Below, in pieces: positions 46,179 through 55,253 of a stretch of DNA of 64,000 nt. The notes under the pieces were generated by a model. The model was given only the letters and a program-made list of their open reading frames with translations. It made no database searches and was not told the DNA's origin. The position numbers and the translations under genes were made by a program. The DNA is taken from positions 62,001-126,000 of IMG/VR virus record IMGVR_UViG_3300048571_000088. One strand, written 5' to 3'. The first letter of the stretch is position 1, and each line of letters starts with the position of its first letter.

Positions 46179-49100
46179 TTAAGGTTTAATTGCTACCGCT
46201 GCATTCAAGAGATACGCTTGAATGCTTTGGTTAACAACTACCTCAGGTCTTGACATCAGCTCAGTCACGTCACCGATCTTCGATACCTTATTCAGGTTAC
46301 CAAAGACCAGCTCCATGGCATCTACGTTGACTTTTGCATCATGCCCAACAGCAGCAAGTGCATGTACCATCAACGTAAGGATGATGATGTCCATCCCTTT
46401 GGCAGAAACGTTATACTCTTTCTGCAATTCCGCCGAGTAGAACATCTTCTCGAACGAAATCTGATAAGCTTCGCGCAAGCTTACAACTTCTGCTACCTTT
46501 TCAGATAACATTTTAGCTTGACGTTGCTTAATTACAGTGAGTAACGCTCCTGCATTATTGGCAAGGAGTTCCTCGGAATCCCATGCATACATTTGTACCC
46601 AAGCTTTCGCTTCAGCTTCAGTATACACAGGGGCGATACGGGCACAACTTTGGGGTGACATTACCTTCGCCAACATCTTGGCTGCCATCTCCCCAATTGC
46701 CCGTTTGATTCGATCCATCGAATCGCTTTGGGTTGCTCCACCCTGCAGATTTACCAGTGAGCGTACAACAGCCTTCACTAGTTTATCATACACATGTGCC
46801 ATACCAGCCACATTCTTACGGATACCTACCCGCATCAGCATAGTTGCTGGCAGATAGGAACCCGAAAGGAGCACCTCTTTTACAACTTTACGTGCCAAGT
46901 CCTCACGGCTCTGCGTCAATTGTTGCGCATGGGTGAAGAGTCCGACGTTACCACGTGCCAGACCAGCCTTTACAACAGCCTTGGTGATGTCTTCCCATGT
47001 ATGCAACACATGGGTAACCACTTTCGGCACCAATGGTGTCCACAAACCTTCCAATTCCGCTTTCACGAAATCAATGGTAGCTTGAGCCACTGGGTTGACA
47101 CTTTCGTCCAACGGTGCATCTTGTTGAACGACCTTACCAAGCCCATCCTTCAGAATAGACTTGTTTGGAACAAGGTAGACGCTACCTGTGTCCCCGTCAC
47201 CGTCATCCTGCCCATGCAATACGAACATTGCATTGTGCAGTTGTGCAGTACCCATCAAGATTGCATCTAAAGAAGACTGAACCTTGTTTCGCACTACCCA
47301 CACACGGCGAACAGCATTGGCCATGATGGTTGGAGGCTTGGCGAACACCGCACCAACACCTGAAGAGTAGCTCTTGCAGGCGCTGTGGTACTGCTCATCA
47401 AGCACAGGAGATGCAACTTCACCGTACCCGAGACTCCACGACGAGACGATCAGACCCGTCGACCCGTGGGCATGAACCTGCCCAAGTTGCTTGCCAAGAA
47501 CACTGTTCCGACATTCCAAGATACTCTCTTTCAAGATACCCCAGACTGTCTCTGTTCTTCCTGAAGCGTCGATAGTGGTAGTGTACCACACCGCCTCAAG
47601 TATGGCAGCAAGCAGACCTTGCGTTTTGATCAGAGTGCCTTTGTTGGACACACTGACCAGTTTTTCCAATACCTTGGTACCAGGGAAGATCATCTCAGTC
47701 CCGTCTGGGAACTGAAGATTTGCCCACTCGGCATCACCAAGTTGGAACAACTGCGCAATGACAATCTCGCCATGCAGGGTCATTCCATGGTCACGCTCCA
47801 ACCAGTTCTTTTCCTTACGAACTTCGTGAAGCGTGTTTACCATATCTTCCATATTAACATCGAAGATGTCTTTACGGTCGATGGTGCCCGGGTGTAGCAA
47901 CTTGAAAGCCAGTTGCAGTTGCTCAACATCAGCTCCTGCTTTCTCACCTTCAAGTACAGCATTTACAAATGCTTCAGCTTGGTCAGTACCATAGTTGGAG
48001 CTGATAGACTGAAGCATTTGTACGTTAGTTTTGACGCTAACGTTTTTACGACGGATTTCTCCGGCTCCAACTAACTCTAGCAGGCTTTCTGCTAGAGTTA
48101 TTCCTCTTTGCTGCGACAACGCAAAGGCTCGTTTTGTAACCGAACCCTTGTTTGCAAGGCCAGTGCAACGATGCACAGCAACTTGACAGAACGACTCAAA
48201 CCCTACCGATTCTTCTGGTACGAGTTCGAACACTGCGCAAGCTGCTGACTCAGTGATGCGGTAATCAGCATCACGTACTATCGCAACAGAGATAACATCT
48301 CCATTGGTCAGTGTTGCATCTTGCCACGGAAGGCTGGCTTTTGACGCAGCAGCTTTCACCGCTGTGTACGGCAGAATGACAATGTTAGTGTCACACTCCA
48401 TCGTCAACAACTCAGCCACCACATCAGCTTCGCGGATCAATGGATCAACCACATCTTCCACGTAGGCTAGACCAACCTTCTGACCCAGCACAGCAAACCC
48501 AACACAGCGAACTGCACCGAATTGATGCCAAGCGTGGGTGTTGAAGCCACCTGAGCCGATTGCACCACTAGCTTCAACCGCCTTGACGGTCTCTGCTTGG
48601 TACTGGCCTCGCTTGGTGCTATCTAAAGCGTACACCACCGTTGTAGCAGTGAACGGGATAGTACCATCATCCGTCGTGCCTTTCACTTGCTTCGATAGAC
48701 GAGCAATCAGTTTTTCAACCGACTCTGCCGAAACAATCCCATCTGCATCTGGTGCTGCGAATACGTTCGCTTTCCGGATATACGAATCCAGTTTTTGAAC
48801 GTACCCATGCTTTTCATGATTTTCAGCATGAAGGCTTGCACCGAAGCCTTTCTTACTGAGAGTCTCTGTTACAGCAGACTCTCCTTCATTCCAGATACCT
48901 TTCAGGACAGTTCCTGTTGGGCCATCTAGAACAACACACATGGCAGGATTAGCTCTTAATCCTGCCAGTTCCACACCGGCCTTATGCGCTAACAGAGCGT
49001 CAATAACGACTCCATTTTTGCTAGGCTGTGCGTTTTTGTCCAGCACAATGATCTGCTCTTTTTCAGCGATCAGGATAAGTTTGGTCATCTTTTCGACAGG

Positions 49101-49613
49101 CAAGATGACCCCAGCCTTCTTGCTATCCTTCCTTACGACCCGCAGATTGAATCCGTTAGGATGCCCGATGTGGAAGTCCCAGACAGACTTGTGTTGCTCA
49201 AGCCCTGCTTCTGGTTGGAGCAACTGCATAGCAGCAAGGAGGATCTGTGGCAACGCTGTTTCCAGCTCTAACGGCAACCCCAAAGCTAGCGACTCACCAG
49301 CTTTCACTGATTCCCATGCCTGTCTCAGAGGTGTCTTGATGTAACGTTTCTCTCCTTTTAGTCCAAGAGTTGTTGCACGATCTTGGAGCAGACTACGAAC
49401 CCGGATACGACAGGCATTCCGAAGCGATACAACTTGCTCCGATTGCGTACCCAGGTTCTGGGTGGTTGTGACCAACTCAGCCAGGTTATGGCAATGAGTG
49501 ATCAATGATACCAAAGCCCGGTTACGGTCTTCTGCCGCTGTATCGTGAGACGTTGTCTCATCGATGTAAGCGACCAGAGCCTCGAGGGTCTTGATGTTGG
49601 TGTTAGTAGTCAT
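46179..49613 (-). CDS. single-chain two-barrel RNA polymerase-like protein (RNAP2)
   Basis: Beta-like GQKVG / IVILPYTAVKA / DYRITE, then beta'-like FAKPP and HGQDDGDGD (DxDGD, about 47190-47216); collinear with 13696..17184. Confidence 0.75.
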   Translation of the reverse strand: MTTNTNIKTLEALVAYIDETTSHDTAAEDRNRALVSLITHCHNLAELVTTTQNLGTQSEQVVSLRNACRIRVRSLLQDRATTLGLKGEKRYIKTPLRQAWESVKAGESLALGLPLELETALPQILLAAMQLLQPEAGLEQHKSVWDFHIGHPNGFNLRVVRKDSKKAGVILPVEKMTKLILIAEKEQIIVLDKNAQPSKNGVVIDALLAHKAGVELAGLRANPAMCVVLDGPTGTVLKGIWNEGESAVTETLSKKGFGASLHAENHEKHGYVQKLDSYIRKANVFAAPDADGIVSAESVEKLIARLSKQVKGTTDDGTIPFTATTVVYALDSTKRGQYQAETVKAVEASGAIGSGGFNTHAWHQFGAVRCVGFAVLGQKVGLAYVEDVVDPLIREADVVAELLTMECDTNIVILPYTAVKAAASKASLPWQDATLTNGDVISVAIVRDADYRITESAACAVFELVPEESVGFESFCQVAVHRCTGLANKGSVTKRAFALSQQRGITLAESLLELVGAGEIRRKNVSVKTNVQMLQSISSNYGTDQAEAFVNAVLEGEKAGADVEQLQLAFKLLHPGTIDRKDIFDVNMEDMVNTLHEVRKEKNWLERDHGMTLHGEIVIAQLFQLGDAEWANLQFPDGTEMIFPGTKVLEKLVSVSNKGTLIKTQGLLAAILEAVWYTTTIDASGRTETVWGILKESILECRNSVLGKQLGQVHAHGSTGLIVSSWSLGYGEVASPVLDEQYHSACKSYSSGVGAVFAKPPTIMANAVRRVWVVRNKVQSSLDAILMGTAQLHNAMFVLHGQDDGDGDTGSVYLVPNKSILKDGLGKVVQQDAPLDESVNPVAQATIDFVKAELEGLWTPLVPKVVTHVLHTWEDITKAVVKAGLARGNVGLFTHAQQLTQSREDLARKVVKEVLLSGSYLPATMLMRVGIRKNVAGMAHVYDKLVKAVVRSLVNLQGGATQSDSMDRIKRAIGEMAAKMLAKVMSPQSCARIAPVYTEAEAKAWVQMYAWDSEELLANNAGALLTVIKQRQAKMLSEKVAEVVSLREAYQISFEKMFYSAELQKEYNVSAKGMDIIILTLMVHALAAVGHDAKVNVDAMELVFGNLNKVSKIGDVTELMSRPEVVVNQSIQAYLLNAAVAIKP

Positions 49614-49656
49614 ATTGATATAACTAATTCTAACTGGTTTCTAACTACGACCAAGC

Positions 49657-50124
49657 TTACGCTTGAGCCGTCGCAACCAGTTTTGCTGCTTTGCGAGCAG
49701 CGTGACGTGCACGGCGATCCGCTACACGAGCGGTCTTCCCTGTTACACGGACAACTGCTGTTGCAGGGAGGGTTGCAGCAGGAGCGGTCTTTGGAGCAGC
49801 TTTCGCCACTCCTTTCCCGGCCAGGAGCATCAGCCGCAGGGATGTTCTCCCTGCGACATAACTAGCCTGAACATTGGCACGACGGCGTGCCTCTTTGGCT
49901 AGCCGACCTTGCCGAGCTGTTTCCAGCTCTTGTTTCGTGGCAAGGTGAGCACGAAGCTCTGCTTTGGCCTCGGCCAAAGCCAACGCGTTGGAGGCACGGG
50001 TTTCAACCCAACGGCTCACGCCGTAGCCAGGCTTCACGTTCAAGGAGGCAACGCGTGCCTCCAGGGTCGAGATTTGTGTCTCACGGCTTACGCCGTGAGC
50101 TGGCCGTGATTTGATTGCCTTCAT
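49657..50124 (-). CDS. Ala/Arg/Lys-rich basic protein (histone-like, putative nucleic-acid binding)
   Basis: Composition; AGGAG SD; directly upstream of RNAP2. Confidence 0.7.
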   Translation of the reverse strand: MKAIKSRPAHGVSRETQISTLEARVASLNVKPGYGVSRWVETRASNALALAEAKAELRAHLATKQELETARQGRLAKEARRRANVQASYVAGRTSLRLMLLAGKGVAKAAPKTAPAATLPATAVVRVTGKTARVADRRARHAARKAAKLVATAQA

Positions 50125-50144
50125 GATTTATCTCCTGTATGGAT

Positions 50145-50683
50145 AGGCTCATTACACCTACTCTGCCTAGTACAGAGAAAAGAGGGAATAACTAGAATGT
50201 ACAGCAGGGTACTTAAACCCATGTAGACCTGTGCTACATACACACCTTTCTTTTATTAAATAGTGAGTAAAGGATCTCACTAGCTGTTTCGTCCTTTTGG
50301 ACTCATCAGTGTTACCTCACAGTAACAGACAGCAGCACACTATATTTTATATCCTGTGTGCTATAGGATAAGACAATGGAACGCTCAGCTCTTACAGAAC
50401 GTTCCACATACGCCGCAACTGCACCACCATGTTGAACTCAACCTGGCTCAAGCCTGGGAAAGTTGCACCGTCGCCCAGGCGTACAACTTCCACGACGGTG
50501 CAACCACATGGCACGAATGCCATGTCTGCGACTTCCAGGACAACGAACCCTTGCTTATCCAGCATATTCATACGATCCATGATATTCTCCTTAAAGACAG
50601 GCTCATTACACCTGTTGGTATATGTACAAGGGCTAACCTATATACATATACCATTACTGCCTAGTACAGTAGATAATAACTAG
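50145..50683 (-). promoter_or_regulatory. duplicated upstream element before the two terminal minus-strand genes
   Basis: AGGCTCATTACACCT at 50145 and 50599; CTGCCTAGTACAG at 50163 and 50657; AATAACTAG at 50187 and 50675. Confidence 0.65.
50392..50580 (-). CDS. hypothetical small protein
   Basis: AAGGAG SD; preceded by the duplicated element. Confidence 0.55.
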   Translation of the reverse strand: MDRMNMLDKQGFVVLEVADMAFVPCGCTVVEVVRLGDGATFPGLSQVEFNMVVQLRRMWNVL

Positions 50684-50777
50684 GATGACTACCTTGTATA
50701 TACGTCCTACTGATAGGGTGGAGGGTGCTTAGATGCCACCCCATACCATAACCATATAGTACTCTTATATACATCTA

Positions 50778-50928
50778 GTCAGCTTGATAGGAATGAATAA
50801 AAAAGTCAGCTTGATAGGAATGAATAAAAAAGTCAGCTTGATAGGAATGAATAAAAAAGTCAGCTTGATAGGAATGAATAAAAAAGTCAGCTTGATAGGA
50901 ATGAATAAAAAAGTCAGCTTGATAGGAA
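50778..50928. repeat. perfect 27-bp tandem repeat, 5 full units plus 16 bp
   Basis: GTCAGCTTGATAGGAATGAATAAAAAA at 50778, 50805, 50832, 50859, 50886, partial at 50913. Confidence 0.95.
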
Positions 50929-50944
50929 CTTACTACCATTACCT

Positions 50945-50956
50945 ACCCCCGGGGGT
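50945..50956. other. 12-bp palindrome ACCCCCGGGGGT; candidate terminus/packaging site
   Basis: GC palindrome in an AT-rich strand-switch region. Confidence 0.4.
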
Positions 50957-51018
50957 GCGCAAACAACACTATCAATAAAATATAGACACACTTCCAAAAA
51001 TTAAAAATATATATTTTA

Positions 51019-51048
51019 TGGACTAATAGCATCATTTTATGTTATAAT
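51019..51048 (+). promoter_or_regulatory. sigma70-like promoter with extended -10
   Basis: TGGACT-18 nt-TATAAT with TG immediately upstream of the -10. Confidence 0.55.
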
Positions 51049-51120
51049 AGAGTGTGCATGATTGAGGCATATTATTATTCTTTATCATGTATTAATTTAT
51101 ATTATATAAGAGTAAGAGAT

Positions 51121-51424
51121 ATGAGTATATTTACAGATGCTGCTGTTGTAGGAACAATTGTTGGTGGTAGTACTTTATTAGGTGTTACTACCGAAGCTGT
51201 ATTACATCCTACTAATGGTGATGATAAAGATTTTAGTAATACTATAGAATCTTCTGCTGAAGTTGGATTAGGATTAGGGCTTGCGTACCTTGGTATTAAG
51301 TATCGGAAAATTAGGTGCGAAAAAGTTTAATGCTGCTATGGAAAGTAGAGGTATGTCTAGTGCTGAGAGGTTCACTCAAGGTGCTACTACAGGCACTCCT
51401 ACTAGAGTCACACCTTATCCTTAG
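51121..51424 (+). pseudogene. Gly-rich small protein, probable +1 frameshift at 51304
   Basis: Removing C51304 extends ...GIKY-GKLGAKKFNAAMESRG... to a stop at 51424. Confidence 0.45.
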
Positions 51425-51494
51425 ATTATTTCTTATCTTATGTGTATAGATTTTCAAATATCGTTTACATTTATAAGAGGTTTTAAGATTACAT

Positions 51495-51812
51495 ATGAAT
51501 ATAAATAAAGACGAACCGGACACTAGTGTTAAGTTTAAGTTAGGCTCTTCTATTCCTTTTGGTACTTTAATAACTATTATTATTCAGACTATTATTATTA
51601 TTGCTACTACTGTTGGTGTATTTAGTACGTATATGGGTAAGATAGATAAGTTAGCTGATGACCAAGAGATTATAAGAAAAGAACTACAAATAATGAGAAC
51701 TGAAGTTATTACTAGAAATGAAGCTTCTGTTCAGTTTACTTTTATTAATGATCAGTTACGTAGACAAGATGGTGAAATTAGAGATTTACAATCTCAGGTC
51801 TATACTAAGTAA
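51495..51812 (+). CDS. TM plus coiled-coil protein (holin/spanin-like candidate)
   Basis: Hydrophobic helix followed by heptads. Confidence 0.7.
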   Translation: MNINKDEPDTSVKFKLGSSIPFGTLITIIIQTIIIIATTVGVFSTYMGKIDKLADDQEIIRKELQIMRTEVITRNEASVQFTFINDQLRRQDGEIRDLQSQVYTK

Positions 51813-51823
51813 GGAGAGATGGT

Positions 51824-51961
51824 GTGGGTGGAAAAGACTTATATACACCTAAAAATATATTTACAGTATTATTAACTATTGTCAGTATATTTTTACTTTC
51901 TTTTGGTATTATAGATGAAAAAGTATTTAAAGATATTATTATCTTTATCTACACAAATTAA
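51824..51961 (+). CDS. 45-aa TM peptide (not in ORF track)
   Basis: AAGGAG SD, GTG start, MGGKDLYTPKNIFTVLLTIVSIFLLSFGII... Confidence 0.5.
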   Translation: MGGKDLYTPKNIFTVLLTIVSIFLLSFGIIDEKVFKDIIIFIYTN

Positions 51962-51985
51962 ATTTATTTAAAAGGAAATAATATT

Positions 51986-52471
51986 ATGAATTTATTTACA
52001 GGTGCAAGTAAAGAAGCTCTTACGGCAGTAAAGAGCCTAGGAGGTGGACGAACAGGATTGGACGAAGCGGCTTTAAAAACCTACGATAAATCTTCGTTCT
52101 CAGATACTGCAGGACTATATGCTCACAACGCTATGGCAAATATTGCTTCTTCTAGTTGGAGCAAATCGATTGGCGCGGGCGCTGGTATCGGAGCAGTATG
52201 GGGAGGTGGTAGTGGGTACTTGGATGGTCAAGGAGTTCTTGGTTCTGCTGCAGCAGGTGCTTTCACTGGAGGTATGATGGGTGCTGGTGTACGCTTTGGT
52301 GCTGGTGCTTATGCAAAAAATGCTGCTTCTTTAGGAGCAGACAATGGATTTATGCATCAGTATGCAGACACAGTAGGAGGAAAGTCAGTAAAGAGATATG
52401 CAACTTCTCTTCAAGCAAATTCAGAACCAGGTGTAAACCCATTCAGTTGGGATAACTTCTTCGGAGCTTAA
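51986..52471 (+). CDS. Gly/Ala-rich probable virion protein
   Basis: GAGAGIGAVWGG glycine-zipper-like segments; AAGGA SD. Confidence 0.7.
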   Translation: MNLFTGASKEALTAVKSLGGGRTGLDEAALKTYDKSSFSDTAGLYAHNAMANIASSSWSKSIGAGAGIGAVWGGGSGYLDGQGVLGSAAAGAFTGGMMGAGVRFGAGAYAKNAASLGADNGFMHQYADTVGGKSVKRYATSLQANSEPGVNPFSWDNFFGA

Positions 52472-52474
52472 ATA

Positions 52475-52765
52475 TTGATCACTATTGCAACTCTTAAGAA
52501 CGCTTGGTACTTTGTTGGATCTGTTTCTGTACCTCCAAATACTCTTGTCACTTGTGATGAAGTTCTATTTACAGTTTCACAACTAGAGCAATTACTTCAT
52601 AGTTTAAATAGTGACATCATAGCACTCACTTATACACATACTCAACAAGTTAAGAATACCCTTTTAACAAAGAAAGGGTATTTAAGTGAAAACAATTTTA
52701 GAAATATAAATGGAACTTCTGTGCTAGGCTACGGGTCTGTTTCACAATTAGGAGATGTTTCTTAG
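52475..52765 (+). CDS. small virion/tail protein carrying the shared MITI... N-terminal module
   Basis: N-terminus homologous to 52765 and 55254. Confidence 0.7.
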   Translation: MITIATLKNAWYFVGSVSVPPNTLVTCDEVLFTVSQLEQLLHSLNSDIIALTYTHTQQVKNTLLTKKGYLSENNFRNINGTSVLGYGSVSQLGDVS

Positions 52766-54015
52766 TGATCACAATAAGAACAATTAACAAATCTTGGTAC
52801 TTTATTAACACTACAATGATCCGTCCAGATACTTCTGTTGTGTATGACGAGACATTACTAACTAGTATTCAAGCTAGAGATATAATTATTTCAGTAGAAT
52901 CTAATCGTCTTTTTGTAACTCCTACTGATCTTATTAAACTAGAAGTAATAAGAAATGGAGGTACTTCTTCAGGTGGGAATACAGGAGGGTCAGGTTCTGT
53001 TGCAGGTGTAAGTTTTGTAAACGGAAGACAAGGTAATGTAATCCTAGGGAAAACAGACGTAGGATTGTCATTTGTAGATAATACTTCAGACTTGAATAAA
53101 CCAATATCATCTTCCACTCAGAGTGCACTTAATTTAAAACAGGATGCTCTTACTTTAAAGACGATTAATTCTTTGTCTATTTTAGGTGCAGGTAATATTG
53201 ATATCTCTGGTACTCCTGCTTCTGTCACTCCATTAGTTTCTAGTGGTTCTGGCGTAACAGGAACTTCAAGTAAGTTTGCAAGAGAAGATCATAAGCATCC
53301 AATTACACCAATCTCATCAGATCTTACTAACTTACTATCATACGGTACTGATGGACTGTATAGAATGCTCCCTGAGATATATCTTAGTAATGGACCTATT
53401 ACTGGTTCTGCAGCTTCTAATTATAAGATCGGGCTTGACACTTTAAATCAAACCTTATACTACAAGAATTCAGGTAATTGGGCGAAAGCACCTATTAGTG
53501 TTGATATTTCTTTTACAGTCTCCGATCACTCTGCAAGTCTGCCTGGTGTGCTGCCTCTTAGTGCTCCAGTCACACCTTCAGTAGGAGATGTGCATCTTGA
53601 GATATATTCTACAAACTTGATATATTGGATTAGGGGTGCTACCTCTTGGGTTCAGGGTCCTGTATTACTTACTAATCCAAATGGCGCTGTGACAGTCTCA
53701 CCTGCCTCTACAAATACAGTAGGTTCAGTAGGTATTTCTAACTTATACGCCAGACAAGATCATAAACATCCTGCCCAAGGAATATCTTCAGATAATCTCA
53801 ATGAAATTACTGTAGGTTCGGATGGACTACATTACTTTAAGGCAAAGACGTATGTATACGAATATGCAGACTTAGGTACATTACAAGCAACGCCGTCACA
53901 ATATAAAAAGTATGGTGTGATTTACATTACAACTGATACTGACACTATTTATCGTTGGGATGGAACTAATTTTAAACAACTAACTAAAAATATAATTGAT
54001 GGAGGGGGTGCTTAA
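52765..54015 (+). CDS. tail fibre / tail accessory protein
   Basis: VSFVNGRQGNV, VDNTSDLNKPISSSTQSAL and two AREDHKHP repeats. Confidence 0.8.
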   Translation: MITIRTINKSWYFINTTMIRPDTSVVYDETLLTSIQARDIIISVESNRLFVTPTDLIKLEVIRNGGTSSGGNTGGSGSVAGVSFVNGRQGNVILGKTDVGLSFVDNTSDLNKPISSSTQSALNLKQDALTLKTINSLSILGAGNIDISGTPASVTPLVSSGSGVTGTSSKFAREDHKHPITPISSDLTNLLSYGTDGLYRMLPEIYLSNGPITGSAASNYKIGLDTLNQTLYYKNSGNWAKAPISVDISFTVSDHSASLPGVLPLSAPVTPSVGDVHLEIYSTNLIYWIRGATSWVQGPVLLTNPNGAVTVSPASTNTVGSVGISNLYARQDHKHPAQGISSDNLNEITVGSDGLHYFKAKTYVYEYADLGTLQATPSQYKKYGVIYITTDTDTIYRWDGTNFKQLTKNIIDGGGA

Positions 54016-55232
54016 TGGCCGATGTAATTCAAATAAGAAGAGACTATCCAGGCGCTTGGAGTACAATCAATCCGACTCTTCGTTCTGGAGAACTGGGAGT
54101 AGAGTTAACAACCTTACGTCTTAAAATTGGAGACGGAAGTACCAATTGGAATATTCTTCCTTATGTCGGAGGAGGTGCTTCAATAAGCAACCTTACCGAT
54201 TTAACAGATGTTCAGGTATCTTCTGAAGCAATAGAAGATATTCTTAGTTTCAACGGAACTTCCTGGGAAAACACACCTTTCAATCAACTAGAATCACGTT
54301 GTGTACTAACCTACAACTCAGGCACTAGAGTTTTCACTTATACAAACGAGTCAGGAATTACTGAAATCTTTAATCTAGGTCTTGCTAATATTAATAATAC
54401 ATCTGACATTAACAAGCCTATATCTACGGCTACTCAAACAGCTTTAGACGGGAAGCAAACTACTTTAGTCTCAACTAGTAATATTAAAAGTTTAAATAGT
54501 ATTAGTCTCCTAGGGTCAGGAAATATTGAAGTAGCATCTGTTATCAGAGGTACTAATTTAGCTGCACTTAATTCTCTTCCTGCAGGAAGTAAAAGTATTG
54601 CAAATATCTATATCACACTAGATACAAACTATACTTACAGATGGGATACAACTACTAGTACATTTATACAAACAAGTCCTAGTACAGGAGTGCCTACAGG
54701 TACAATCTTACAAGGTGTTTGGGGTATTGCATCTATAGGTAATCTATCAGTACCTTCTGGCTATTGGCCTTTAGACGGAACTGTAGTTAATAGTGCAGGT
54801 AGTCCGTTACATGGTATTACCATGCCAGATACAAGAGGAAAAGTACTAGCAAATGCTAAAGTAAGTGGAGGGGCAGCAGGTACTTCATCAGGTAGTGAAA
54901 CAACTACACTATCTCAATCTAATCTACCTAATGTTGTTATTAGTCCTACAGCTACTTATACCCCTACAGGTTCAATTACTATTAATTCTACTAACGTAGA
55001 TGATACTTATCCTGCTGCGGCACCATTCAACTTTGATGGTACAGGTTCAAGCTCGAATATTGGAAGAACTGGTAATCAACTAGATAAAACCAGAAGTCAC
55101 TCACACACAGGTAGCTTTACAGGTACTTCAACTACAATTACATCTTCTTTCAATTTGAATAACAATGTTACTCAGACTACTATAGACAACAGACAATTAA
55201 CTTACTACATAACTCAAATTATTAAGTTATAA
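54015..55232 (+). CDS. tail fibre protein with Mtd_N-like N-terminus and collar-like C-terminus
   Basis: IQIRRD...NPTL..GELGVE...KIGDG..W..LPY; PTGTI...W.LDG...MPDTRG. Confidence 0.85.
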   Translation: MADVIQIRRDYPGAWSTINPTLRSGELGVELTTLRLKIGDGSTNWNILPYVGGGASISNLTDLTDVQVSSEAIEDILSFNGTSWENTPFNQLESRCVLTYNSGTRVFTYTNESGITEIFNLGLANINNTSDINKPISTATQTALDGKQTTLVSTSNIKSLNSISLLGSGNIEVASVIRGTNLAALNSLPAGSKSIANIYITLDTNYTYRWDTTTSTFIQTSPSTGVPTGTILQGVWGIASIGNLSVPSGYWPLDGTVVNSAGSPLHGITMPDTRGKVLANAKVSGGAAGTSSGSETTTLSQSNLPNVVISPTATYTPTGSITINSTNVDDTYPAAAPFNFDGTGSSSNIGRTGNQLDKTRSHSHTGSFTGTSTTITSSFNLNNNVTQTTIDNRQLTYYITQIIKL

Positions 55233-55253
55233 CGTAAAGGAGTAAGTCAACTT

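Noticed and set aside
4800-49902. Plus-strand ORFs antisense to minus-strand genes (e.g. 5100..5441, 10324..10674, 16188..16508, 19297..19704, 42170..42805, 46794..47270, 48940..49344)
   Set aside because: They overlap better-supported genes on the opposite strand and lack SD sequences and recognisable motifs; shadow ORFs.
50778-50928. CRISPR array
   Set aside because: The units are contiguous identical 27-mers with no spacers, and no cas genes are present.
50784-50978. ORF MIGMNKKVSL repeats
   Set aside because: It is simply the translation of the 27-bp tandem repeat; no SD.
54015-55232. Diversity-generating retroelement (Mtd_N-like tail fibre)
   Set aside because: No reverse transcriptase and no template/variable repeat pair seen in the window.
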